In this document: positions 10,342 to 20,711 of the stretch, one piece after another
Numbering within the stretch: position 1 is the stretch's first letter
Layout of the letters: every line of letters begins with the position of its first letter
NCBI GenBank assembly: GCA_020348925.1
Contig: CP070758.1
Location: forward strand, 3,363,688-3,427,687
DNA: 64,000 nucleotides
DNA from: Gemmatimonadota bacterium
GTDB taxonomy: Bacteria; JBHIER01; G020348925
Reading direction: 5' to 3'
Program-made: the position numbers and the translations under genes
Notes under the pieces: model-generated
The model's input: only the letters and a program-made list of their open reading frames with translations
What the model was told of the DNA's origin: nothing
Databases searched by the model: none

Positions 10342-10477
10342 ATTGTGGACGATCGCCGAAGGAGCAACGGACTGAAAAAACGATCCCGGCTTTTTTCATA
10401 AGATATTTGGGTTCAATCTATTGTGAGAATAATCAATAAGTTGATCCCATTTTTTATTTGTACCAATTTCGATCTAT

Positions 10478-10577
10478 NNNNNNNNNNNNNNNNNNNNNNN
10501 NNNNNNNNNNNNNNNNNNNNNNNNNNNNNNNNNNNNNNNNNNNNNNNNNNNNNNNNNNNNNNNNNNNNNNNNNNNNN
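10478..10577. other. assembly gap (100 N)
   Basis: Run of N. Confidence 1.
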
Positions 10578-12392
10578 CCGCCAGGTATTGTTCCAACCGT
10601 AGTCGTAGTTTTGGAACACGGCGCCGATCAGCGAAACGTACCGGGTATATTTTCCGGGCTTGGTCCACTTGTAGCCGCCGCCGAGATGACCGTTGATCAC
10701 ATCCGTGCGCCACATGAAACCCATGTCGTTCAAATCGAAATTGGGGTGAATAACTCCCAGTGAACTGTTGAAGATTACATTTCCCTTCTGCTTATTCACA
10801 AGGATACGACCTCCATAACCAGAGAGAGATGTGGCCGAACTGTCGACGCTCACGTGGGAAGCGTCCGGTCTCTGGAAATAGTGCCCCGAGCTTTCCTGCA
10901 GGGAAAGCATCCGCTCCTTGCTCCCGCGGACATGCGTCAAGCCCACCCAACTGGATATGACCCATCTTCTTTCAGAATCCAGAAATGTCCAACCGTCAAG
11001 ACCAAAGGTTCTCGCACCGCTGTTGAATTCATCTCTCAGTCGGTCGTCCCGAAACATCCGTGTTGTAAAGGTAGAAATAAAGCCCAGGCCTTGTTTCCCC
11101 TCGTCTATCTCTTTCTGAGCACGGGCCACCCCATAATAGGTGAGAGGCTCCACCTCCGCCCGAAATGTGTGACCTGAGATGTCGAGTTTGGCCTCTCCAC
11201 GACCAGTCAAGGCGTGGAGTGTACCAATATTCCAGTTGTTGCCGATCTTTCCAGTCAGTTTGGTCGCCCCGAGAATCTGGGTTCCCTCTGGAATCTGAGC
11301 CCAATCATGATCGGGAAGACTTCCCTGAGGACATCGGCCAATGCGTCTGCTGTAAAAGAAATTCGGACCACCCCAGTTAAAACTCCAGTGGCTACGTGAG
11401 CCCCCGTATCCGAATTCAAAGATCGAGGAGCCTTCGATGAAGAAAGGTCGCTTCTCGCTGTAAAAGGTCTCCACATCACCCAGATTGATGACCGCCGGAT
11501 CGACCTCAACCTGCCCGAAATCGGGATTCACCGTGGCATCCAGGATCAGATTATTTCCCAGACCAATCTTAAAATCGGCCCCCATGTCAGGTGGATATCT
11601 CGAGCCGTCGTTGAAGGGATCATCAGGCTCGGCAGGAACATATTCCGCTTTCAGTCGAGTGTACGGCAATATTTCCACCTGGCGGGCGGGGTGAATATTC
11701 TCAATGCCAACCAGATCGACGAAACGGGAGACGAATCCGCTGCCGTCCTTCGGCGTATAGACGACGTAAGCATGTTCATTTTTCCTTTCGATACATCGCC
11801 GGAAATTGATTCCCCACAAATATCTGTCCCTCTTTTGGAAACGGAGCTGAGAATAGGGGATGCGCATCTCGGCCGTCCAGCCCTTGTTGTCAATATTGAC
11901 TTTCCCCTGCCACACGCCGTCCCATGAATCGTCACTCCATTCGTCGTTGTACAAAATCCCGTCGTCGCAGGTCCCAGCGGCATTCAATCCGAAATAAAAG
12001 CCGCTGCGCCGATCGTAGTAGGGATCGATATAGAACCGAAAAAAGTCGGCACTGGGCCATTGGTCACGGCGGCCCAGCCGGGCAATTATGGAGTCCGGCG
12101 CGGAATCGTACATCCTGGCCCCAACGTAGAGGGCATCATCGTCATAGGCGACCCGCACCTCTGTCCTCTCTGTCGGTTCCGAGCCTTCATCAGGATCCCG
12201 CTGGATAAAATCGCAAATTTCAGATCCGTTGTTCCAGACGGTCTCCGACAGGATGCCGTCAACGACCACCGGCTCTTCCAGGCGGATGGCATGCACTTCA
12301 ACATCCTTCGCATCGTTCGCGGAAAGCATTTCAGAAAAGATCATGCTCAACACAGCGAACGTCAGAAGAAAAGAGAATATCACGCGCTTCAT
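10578..12392 (-). CDS. CBM9-like/DUF5916 outer-membrane protein; 3' end lost in the gap
   Basis: Signal peptide; VDGILSE..W, YDDDALYVG, W.AEMRIPYSQLRF, TVNPDFGQVEVD, EKRPFFIEG, FYSRRIGR. Confidence 0.85.
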
Positions 12393-12772
12393 AACAGCCT
12401 CCATTTTTTAAAAGATCTCGTGTGACATTTGCCTTTTAGACGGTTCGATGCAGAAGGATGGTTGCGGACAGTTAAATCAGAGGTTGAAATCATCGACAAA
12501 AGGAGTATTTTACTCGATGAACGGAAGGTTTCTCGCAATGAGAGAAAGAACCGTTCCACCGAAATCTTGGGTTGGTTGAGACGAAAATTGGATTTTCAAA
12601 CGGGAATTGACGGTGCGGAAACGAAAACACGATCGATCCTTGTAACACGAACGAACTGACCGCTTATGGCTTTTCGAATTCTGGACTCTTCAACTGTTTA
12701 ACTCTGTTTTCCTCAATTTGTATTCTTGAGTCCTTGGTTATCGGAGATAAAACGAGTATGGTGCCCTCCTAT

Positions 12773-14311
12773 TTAAGATATATTTGATCTTTCAGCCAAC
12801 GATCGATTCAGCACTTCAGTTGTTGCACTCTGAGGTTCTCTGAGTACGCCAGATCGCTTTAAATGAACCAGATACTTGCTCAGATTGTCTGGATCCCACG
12901 ATTGATATCCACGCACGACTCGGTTGACAACAACTAATGCCTGCCAGGAACGGGGCAGGAGAACTCTGAGGATTATTTCCAGCGGGAACAGCAGTGCTCT
13001 CACGACCGGTTCCCAAGGCGGTATGAACCTTTTCATAAGTAGAGGCAACCTCACCATCCAGCAATGCACGAATCTATTAACCTGAACGACCCGACTGACT
13101 AAATTGGGACGCAAATGCTCCAGCACAAAGTTCATCCTCTTTACCTGATCTGGTGAGAACCTCAGACCCTCGGGATTGCATTGCCAGTAGCTCATAGTGT
13201 TGCGTCTGACGATGTCATTCAAAGATACATTTTCATTAATCTTAGGCGCAGCTCCCGGTTTCGGTTCCCACCATATCACCTTCCCATTTGAGTCCTTTAT
13301 TTCCTGGAGATCGGTCCAGTGATAGCGGGTGAAGGTATAGTTAAACGAATCTTGGCAGGCGAGCTGTCCATGAACCAGCGGCAATCCAAACCCCATGTCA
13401 ATCGGTGTATCCATGATGCTGTAATCGTCGGGGATCCCGGCATCAGGACGACCACAGTTGTCCTGTTCAAGAGAAAAGGGCCACGTAGCAATGTAATCGA
13501 GCGCCTGTTGTTTTCTCAACTCTACATCCTGCTCTGTTACTCCCTCCATTTCCGGCAGATTGGCCGGAGTTAAAGGAAGATTCTTGGAATTCCCCTTGCC
13601 GGCCAGTTCCATGAGTTTAATAATGAGCTCAGGGAATGGATGAACCAATCCCATGAAATGACCAAACTCATGAGTAAGATGGTTGTTGCCAAACACCAAA
13701 TGACCGTCCATGTAAAACGGCCAGTCTCTCTATTGTCCCGGCATGAGGACATGGTTTGAGGTTACATCGGAGCATGCCTGCAGTGAAGGGTGATCAGGAT
13801 CCTTCCCCCATCTGAAGAGAAGTATCACGCTGTCCCGGTACGGGCTGTCCGGGGATTCCGCAGCACGCTGATTGAAAAACTCTTCCGTGCTCTGTGCATC
13901 AGTTGGCTCGTCCCAGCATTCCCTTTCATGCAAGAATGTATTCTTCTCAAGTGTGTAGGTGATGCAGTCATCATCGAGGCCGAAACGAGCGCCAGAGCAA
14001 AGCAATTGCAGATTTGCCAATTTGATCCAATCCTTGATGTAGTTATCCCATGGGTATTTATGCTTCAGAGGGTTCCTCAGGTAAGGCTCGGCAGGGATCA
14101 CCTGACCGTTTTCGATCTTTCCTAATGCCTGTGATCCATCATCTCTGGCCGTGAGCACAGCAGTAACTCGAAGCAGTTTGTAAATCCAGGGCGGCTTGCA
14201 AAAGAAACGGACCGTGTGGGATGAGGAGTATATTTTATCCATAGCGCTGTTATGCGCAGTCCACTGCTCCTGGATCAACTGCGACAGCTCTGTCATTCTA
14301 TTCGAATTCAT
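12773..14311 (-). pseudogene. metzincin (M43/pappalysin-like) zinc metalloprotease interrupted by one in-frame TAG at 13730-13732
   Basis: ORFs 13730-14311 and 12773-13711 share a frame: …VLMPGQ*RDWPFYMDGH…HEFGHFMGLVH…NTMSYW (Met-turn)…FSPDQVKRM. Confidence 0.7.
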
Positions 14312-14464
14312 GGGATTCTCCTCAGGTTCCTAGCCTATCTATTTTACTCAAAAATCACCAGCTTCAATCATCATGTATGCGATGACGCCGCGATAACATT
14401 AACAAATTTCTGCAGCAAGACCTCCATTTGAATTTAATTATGGGTTTCAATCTCTTCGCCCACA

Positions 14465-14493
14465 ATAATAGTATGTAAAAACACCTGTGTCAA
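14465..14493 (-). promoter_or_regulatory. sigma70 promoter upstream of the metalloprotease gene
   Basis: TTGACA-17 nt-TATTAT on the minus strand. Confidence 0.6.
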
Positions 14494-14657
14494 GGCAATT
14501 CTTTGGAATTTTTGAACTTACAAGAAATTGTCAATTTGATTTTTGAGGATTATTGGCTAAGAGGCACCGTCCGAGGCGTACCATATATGATATGTATATG
14601 AAAAGATTAAAAGGAATGCTTCAAAACATTCTGCACTTCGCCCAAAAAGGAGAGATG

Positions 14658-15065
14658 TCACTCCTGTGAAGCGCCCAGAAAGCGATTTATCGCATTCAAA
14701 GTAGCCAGGCCGACAGCTTTCTGGGTGTCTTCCTGAATAAAGGCCGTGCCGATGAATTGTTGGCTTCCCCGTGGTCGAATAAGATCTAAAAAAACTGTCA
14801 CATACGATGTCGTCCCTTTCAAAGATGGAACTACGTCTTCCACGTACCATGAACCATAATTCGGGAAAAACTTCCTCACCGCATTCAAGGTGGCAACAGC
14901 AACCAGCCTCAACAAACTCCTGGGAGCACGAGGACCGGAGGCCTCTCCTGTTATTTCGTTACCCTGGTATGAGAGCCTGACCTTAACGGAAATGTGATCT
15001 ATGCCCTCATCCTTCTGACTACGGATATCGTAGCCCATCCATTCAATTCTGGAGCTTGACGTCAT
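14658..15065 (-). CDS. hypothetical protein resembling the LeuA allosteric/dimerisation fold
   Basis: Internal duplication V.L….G.A….LVAVATLNAV / GTA…D..KAVGLATLNAINR. Confidence 0.6.
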   Translation of the reverse strand: MTSSSRIEWMGYDIRSQKDEGIDHISVKVRLSYQGNEITGEASGPRAPRSLLRLVAVATLNAVRKFFPNYGSWYVEDVVPSLKGTTSYVTVFLDLIRPRGSQQFIGTAFIQEDTQKAVGLATLNAINRFLGASQE

Positions 15066-15150
15066 GAAATCATCTCTCTCAACGACATTGATTGTTTCGT
15101 GGCTGTCTCTTCCAAAGCCGAGCGATTTATAAAATCAATTCGCTTGATTT

Positions 15151-15260
15151 GTCATTCCGAATCCCGAATCAAGTTCGGGACAGGCTCCGCATAGCGCGAT
15201 GAAGAACCCCACTCACATGTTAAGAGATTCCTCACCCACAACGCGTTCTCAGAATGACAG
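15151..15260. repeat. GTCATTCC…GAATGAC palindromic REP/RPE-like element; related copies at 5780-5805, 17047-17150, 26353-26380 and 51565-51672
   Basis: gtcattccga…tcccgaatcaagttcggga…gagattcctc…agaatgac. Confidence 0.65.
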
Positions 15261-15315
15261 TTACATCAAAATGTTTGCTTACAATCGTTCATTGTTGGTT
15301 CTTTTTACTCTCCAA

Positions 15316-16410
15316 TCACAGTTTCAATTTCATCTGGAGATCGGTGTATTTACAGATATTATTCGCATCGTCATATCCGCATACCACATCTTTGCCATAT
15401 TTCTTCGCACCAAACAGCAAAGCCTTGTCGGCCGCTTTGTAGAGTTTTTCGAGACTGGGAATCGGCGAAGGGTACGTTGCAACGCCTACAGATACTGTCA
15501 ATGGCACCTGTTGCTCCTCTGTCTCGAGCTCAATCGGTTCACTCCTGACCTTTTTTCTCAAACGCTCACCAAGTTCGAGAGCTTCCCGATGGCCGACACC
15601 GGGCAGGACCACGCCATATTCATCTCCGCCGACTCTCCCCTTGATATCACTTGCCCGGAAAGAGTCCTTGATCATTTCAGCTATGGCTCTCAAAGCGTTA
15701 TCACCATCAACATGTAAATATCTATCATTGAAAGCCTTGAAATCATCAACATCTATAAGCATGAGGGATAATGACCGTGGGGAAATGCGTCTCTCTCCTT
15801 TTTCCCCTCTTTCCCCGAACGATACTATCTGTTCCTCCAACAGGTGATTGAAGCACAATTTATTGTTAAGTCCTGTAAGACCGTCCAGATGGGATACAAA
15901 TTCAGCCTCCTTCATCTCGATGATTCGACTGACCAGAGCCTTGACGAACATACCCAATATCTGTGGTTGAGGAATGAAGTAAAATGCACCATTATGAATT
16001 GCTTCAATCGCTTCATCCTGAAGCATTCGGTCGGTGAAGACGATGACCTGGGCATGAGGATGAACTTTTTTAATTCTCCTGAGGAGATCCATACCGGTGG
16101 CTTTTTTAGGTTGGGCGTATTGATCCGCCGGTATCTCAAGATCAAGCAAGACCGCATGCTGCCGATGACATTCCCACCAGAGAATATAATCCAAGGCAGA
16201 CCTTGCCGTTCGTATATAAAGTTTTCGCGTAACTTTTTTGGTGCTCTCATCAGTCTGAATTTCGATCTTCCCTTCGAACTCCTGGGACTTGACAACCTCT
16301 CCAGAGTTGTCGCCGGTTTCCGGAGGTTTTCCCTCAAACAAGTCCACCAGGTACTCTCTCACCCCCCCATCCTTTTGAATTATGAGTAAATTGTACTCGA
16401 ATTCCGTCAT
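15316..16410 (-). CDS. diguanylate cyclase with degenerate N-terminal receiver domain
   Basis: DGLTGLNN, DVDDFKAFND, RASD I-site, GGDEY; REC-like VLLDLEIP…VIVFT…GAFYFIPQP. Confidence 0.88.
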   Translation of the reverse strand: MTEFEYNLLIIQKDGGVREYLVDLFEGKPPETGDNSGEVVKSQEFEGKIEIQTDESTKKVTRKLYIRTARSALDYILWWECHRQHAVLLDLEIPADQYAQPKKATGMDLLRRIKKVHPHAQVIVFTDRMLQDEAIEAIHNGAFYFIPQPQILGMFVKALVSRIIEMKEAEFVSHLDGLTGLNNKLCFNHLLEEQIVSFGERGEKGERRISPRSLSLMLIDVDDFKAFNDRYLHVDGDNALRAIAEMIKDSFRASDIKGRVGGDEYGVVLPGVGHREALELGERLRKKVRSEPIELETEEQQVPLTVSVGVATYPSPIPSLEKLYKAADKALLFGAKKYGKDVVCGYDDANNICKYTDLQMKLKL

Positions 16411-17257
16411 TGTATCCTTTTGCACACGGGATATTCGGGTAATCCTTCTTGCGCCATTAGAAACTTAAGGTGTTCGGCTCGATCAATATTCTCTGCAGTG
16501 CCTATTGCTTGGAAAACCGACTTTCTTCCGGTCTGCTTCTTCATGGACAAACGCTCTTACACAAAACACCGAAGCCCTGAGCTTTCCACAAGTCACACGA
16601 ACATAATATGGCATTCCCAAATTTCATTTCAAAGAAAAATTGCCGCCACAATAAAAAATCAAAGATCGCACAAGCACATCATACCATACAACAAACCCGC
16701 AAGAAACGTACCCAGAGGACTCCCTTGAGTTCAATTCTCCTTAATACTCACAGAAGTGTCTTTTTCAGGATAAGCCGCTAAAAGTTCAATCCTCTCGAAG
16801 TGCAACAAATACAACCACCTCATATTCTCTCTCGTTTTAATGAAAGGATTTACCCCACCCAGAGGAGGGCAACTTACGCCTGGGGTATTTCCTCAATTTT
16901 GGGGCATGTGACCGGAACATGTCAGGCAAAATAGGGTTCCCTGCCACAGTCGTATAGTCTCAGAGATTTGCGGGGACACTCCATGTGCTTTCCCCATTCA
17001 ACGTTTTATCCGTGAGTCCGGTCTCAAAGGTCAGTTTGACCGAACCTGTCGTTGCGAGCGGTGGCATACAATCCGGTGTGAGGTGTTACAAAGCAAGAGA
17101 TTAGCCCGTGAAGCTTATCCCGTAATTGCTTGCGGGACTTGAAATGACAGATACCACTTTGAAGTGTCACTGGCAAAGAAAACCTCTGTCATCAAGGCCC
17201 GCCATGAAAGCGCTCATAATGAGAGACCGGCTTTTTCGAGTCCATCCATAAAATATC

Positions 17258-17303
17258 TTGCCCATTCACCTTCGTCCCATTATATTTCGCACTTGCGAAA
17301 TAT
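17258..17303 (+). promoter_or_regulatory. sigma70 promoter with overlapping perfect inverted repeat (putative MarR operator)
   Basis: TTGCCC-17 nt-TATATT; ATATTTCGCA-CT-TGCGAAATAT at 17282-17303. Confidence 0.7.
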
Positions 17304-17391
17304 TCGCATAAACGAATTATTGTGGTTGAAAAGATTGTTTCTACAAATCAATATCTTTCTTCAACACCGTTCTTGAGGGGAGGAGTACGTC

Positions 17392-19563
17392 ATGCATTTT
17401 CATAACGCCCGCGGAGTGTTCACAGTGAAGCACAGATTCTTTCCAAGATATGTGTCATTCATCGTTGCTCTTTTCGTATTCACGACGGCCACCTTTGCCC
17501 AGGACTTCGGGACCGTCAGGGGCAGGATCCATGACGCTCATACCGGAGATCCGCTGCCTAACGCCAATGTGGTTCTGGGCGGTACAAAACAGGGAGCCGT
17601 GTCGGGCGCACAGGGCCTGTTCACCATCAATCGGGTGCCTCCAGGAGAATACCGGCTCCAGGCGACCTACGTCGGCTATGAAGCGGACGTAAGGACGATC
17701 ACCGTCACCTCGGATGAGGATGTTTTCGTTCACTTCGACCTGCGGGAGGATTTCTTCCAAATCCAGGAAATTGTCGTCACGGCAACCCGGACCGACAAGC
17801 TGATGGAGGACGTTCCGGTCGTCACCGAGATCGTCACCCGGGCGGAAATCGAGGAGAAGGGGGCCGAGGACCTGTCCGAAGTTCTCGAGGATCGCCCGGG
17901 AATTGCTATCGAATCTGGCACCACCGGCAACCGGTTTCTCTATATGAATGGAGTCGACAGCCGGAGAATTCTGGTGCTGGTCGATAACGTTCCCCTCTCA
18001 GGTAAACTGAACAACCGCGTTCAACTCAATGTGATCGATGCCGACAAAATAGATCATGTGGAAATCGTCAAGGGCCCCGGCTCGGCCTTGTACGGAAGCG
18101 ATGCCATGGGCGGCGTGATCAATATCATTACCAAAGACTATGGCCAACACCTGATAATCGAGACGAACGGCAGGGCCGGCAGCAACGACCTGTACAGCGG
18201 CAACCTCTCCGTTTCCGGTGGGAAAAAAGATCTCAACTACCTTCTCAATATCGACCATTTCAGGGAGGGCTTCGACCAGGGTGCCTCGGAGATCGAAATA
18301 GAAAAGACCCTCTCCAGCAGTGTGAACGGGAAGGCCAGGTACACGCATCCTGATATCGGCAACCTGGAAGTTCGGGGCGAATACAGGCAGGATGAACAGA
18401 CGTCGGAATCGGCCTTTATGGGAGGCATCAGCGACAATAGAGTCAACATCGAAAACGTCAATTCGAGCTTCGTCTGGAATAGGGCTGTTTCGGGCCGACT
18501 GCAGCTTCAACTGACCGGCTACTATGCCGACAATTTTCGAACATACGAATCCCTCCAACAGGGCTCTGCCTCCCTTGACACCACCACAGACGAGCTCTAT
18601 GGGTTCAAATCGGACTTCGCAGCCATCCCGCTTGAGAAGGTCAAGGTCGATTTCGGATTCGACTTGTCCAGCAACGACTATGAGAATGAACGCTTGCCAG
18701 GCGTGCAAAGCCGGCAGCAAACCGGTGCCTTCACCCAGGTCGAGACCGACATGATCCGCAACCTCACCCTAACATTTGGCGGCAGATATGATAAGATCAC
18801 CGATATCGAGGGATACTTCAGCCCCCGAATGAGCGCCATGTATACTTTTTCCTCGGGATTGAAACTGAGAGGTTCTTACGGCGCCGGTTTCCGCGCACCA
18901 TCATTCATAGAGTTATACAGCGATTTCCCCATTCCCATTCCTGGAATGCCCCTGAGAGTGGTCGGAAACCCCGATCTCAAACCCGAAAAGTCCCTCGGCG
19001 GCAACCTGGGGTTTGAGTATAGGTGGAACTCCCTGCTCCTCGTCAACGCCACTGCTTTTCACAACAAATTCAAGGACATGATCGTGGATTACGAATCCGG
19101 GCCCATGACCTACAGTTATCTGAATGTGGAAAGTGCCACATTCAAGGGTACGGAATTACAGGCCCGTCTCTACCTGCTGCCCAACTTCACCACGACGCTG
19201 TCCTACAATTTCACCGACATCGCCCAGAAAGAGGAGGACGTCGCTTTCTCAAAGATCTCGCCGCACACCGCCTCGCTGAGGATCGTCTATGGTCTGCTGA
19301 AAAATCGCCTGAAATTCTCCTTGCGGAATCAATGGTTCAGCGAGCGGGACATTTTGGCGGTCTCCGGGCATTCCGGAAATCTCTCCAGAGTGAAAAAAGA
19401 TGCTCACAATGAGATCGATATGACCTTATCTTATACGGCGAATGAATACCTGAGGCTGAGACTTGGAGCAACGAACCTCACCGATCACACGGACAAGGAT
19501 TACGGCCCGTACGTGGGCAGAAGATTTTTCTTCGGTTTTCAAACCACATTTCAAAAAGATTGA
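17392..19563 (+). CDS. TonB-dependent receptor (CirA/FepA/HmuR-like) with N-terminal carboxypeptidase-like domain
   Basis: EIVVTATRT, VEIVKGPGSALYGSDAMGGVINIIT, GFRAPSF.ELY, GNPDLKPE, GATNLTD..GRRFFFG. Confidence 0.92.
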   Translation: MHFHNARGVFTVKHRFFPRYVSFIVALFVFTTATFAQDFGTVRGRIHDAHTGDPLPNANVVLGGTKQGAVSGAQGLFTINRVPPGEYRLQATYVGYEADVRTITVTSDEDVFVHFDLREDFFQIQEIVVTATRTDKLMEDVPVVTEIVTRAEIEEKGAEDLSEVLEDRPGIAIESGTTGNRFLYMNGVDSRRILVLVDNVPLSGKLNNRVQLNVIDADKIDHVEIVKGPGSALYGSDAMGGVINIITKDYGQHLIIETNGRAGSNDLYSGNLSVSGGKKDLNYLLNIDHFREGFDQGASEIEIEKTLSSSVNGKARYTHPDIGNLEVRGEYRQDEQTSESAFMGGISDNRVNIENVNSSFVWNRAVSGRLQLQLTGYYADNFRTYESLQQGSASLDTTTDELYGFKSDFAAIPLEKVKVDFGFDLSSNDYENERLPGVQSRQQTGAFTQVETDMIRNLTLTFGGRYDKITDIEGYFSPRMSAMYTFSSGLKLRGSYGAGFRAPSFIELYSDFPIPIPGMPLRVVGNPDLKPEKSLGGNLGFEYRWNSLLLVNATAFHNKFKDMIVDYESGPMTYSYLNVESATFKGTELQARLYLLPNFTTTLSYNFTDIAQKEEDVAFSKISPHTASLRIVYGLLKNRLKFSLRNQWFSERDILAVSGHSGNLSRVKKDAHNEIDMTLSYTANEYLRLRLGATNLTDHTDKDYGPYVGRRFFFGFQTTFQKD

Positions 19564-19572
19564 GAGACCGAA

Positions 19573-20019
19573 ATGAAAGAGGCCAAAAAATTGGCGGAAC
19601 TGACGCCAAAAATTATGAATGCCTTTCACGATCTCGGGCGCCACCACCCTTCAGGCGCAAAGCTCTCGATGCGGCAATATCAGACGTTGATCATCCTCAA
19701 GGCGAGTGGCTCCTTAACCCTTTCCCAACTCTGTAAGAAACTGAACCTGGCCCCATCAACCGGAACCGAACTGGTGAACAGAATGATTACGGCCGGCTAC
19801 ATCCAGAAAGAACACGAGCAACCGGATCAGAGACAGGTGCTCCTATCCGTTTCTCCCAAGGGACTGGAACTCATGGAGAAGAGAAAGGAGGAAACAACGG
19901 ACATGTTCTCGAAGTTTTTATCGAAGCTTTCGTCGGACGAGGATCGAAAAAATTTTGTTTCCTGTTTCGAGCAAATTTGGAATCTTCTCCGGAGTCACCA
20001 ACCGAAAAATTCGGAATAG
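19573..20019 (+). CDS. MarR family transcriptional regulator (HsmR-like)
   Basis: LSMRQYQTL…LSQLCKKLNLAPSTGTELVNRM…GYI…DQRQV.LS.SPKG. Confidence 0.92.
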   Translation: MKEAKKLAELTPKIMNAFHDLGRHHPSGAKLSMRQYQTLIILKASGSLTLSQLCKKLNLAPSTGTELVNRMITAGYIQKEHEQPDQRQVLLSVSPKGLELMEKRKEETTDMFSKFLSKLSSDEDRKNFVSCFEQIWNLLRSHQPKNSE

Positions 20020-20141
20020 CTTATCGGGGCACTCAACACTATCTATACGGGGAATTATTCCCGGACCATGATCATTCGCCACAGAGGCGCGGCTCTCCCC
20101 CTTGAACTTTTATAAATCCTGTGTAACAGGGAAGTGAAGAT

Positions 20142-20522
20142 ATGAATCCAACACTGGTGACTGGGACACGCATCGTCGTTGTCGCCCTGATTTTCTACTC
20201 CATCGGCATTCTGACTGAACAGCGAAAACATCGGATCACTATTCTGGTATTGACTGCTCTGACCATCGGCATCATCACGGATATCACCGCGACGGCTTTT
20301 ATGATTGTCGGTTCGCCGAATTCTCCCTTCACCCTCCACGGTTTTTTGGGTTATTCCGCACTGGCCGCCATGCTGATCGATACAATCTCGATGTGGCGCT
20401 TCCGCTTGAAGAGGGGCGGGAACACTTCCGTCACAAAACACCTCCACCTCTATTCGAGGTACGCCTATATCTGGTGGGTCGTTGCCTTTGTATCAGGCGG
20501 TCTGCTTGTTTTCTTGAAATAA
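20142..20522 (+). CDS. HsmA/TIGR03987-like four-TM membrane protein (putative heme binding)
   Basis: ALIFYSIG, DITATAFM, LHGFLG..AL..ML, HLYS..AYIWW…SG match the HsmA family pattern as I recall it. Confidence 0.7.
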   Translation: MNPTLVTGTRIVVVALIFYSIGILTEQRKHRITILVLTALTIGIITDITATAFMIVGSPNSPFTLHGFLGYSALAAMLIDTISMWRFRLKRGGNTSVTKHLHLYSRYAYIWWVVAFVSGGLLVFLK

Positions 20523-20711
20523 CCCATTTCAAGAAGGAGGAAACCGATCTGCCCCCGGATTCCTGACCAAAATCCTCCATGAATGACAGTCCCACATTTC
20601 TTTATCTTTTCAACTTTAAAAACTTTTTGACGCTCCGACTTTTTTTTTAACTTTTTCACAAAATACGTGTCTATATCATTGAACGGTTCACATGTGACCA
20701 GGAGGGCGGAT

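Noticed and set aside
10413-10477. ORF-track C-terminus of the DUF5916 protein beyond the N gap
   Set aside because: Artefact of reading through Ns; the true 3' end is missing, so the gap is probably longer than 100 bp
16933-16996. c-di-GMP-I (GEMM) riboswitch upstream of the diguanylate cyclase (minus strand)
   Set aside because: Has CGCAAA and GGCAG words but lacks the GNRA tetraloop/receptor and GGCAAA/GACGC pairing; better explained as a GTGTCCCC-type hairpin. An Rfam scan would settle it.
17040-17390. Cobalamin riboswitch or Fur box before the TonB receptor
   Set aside because: No B12-box or GATAATGATAATCATTATC-like sequence; 17047-17150 is a REP-like palindrome
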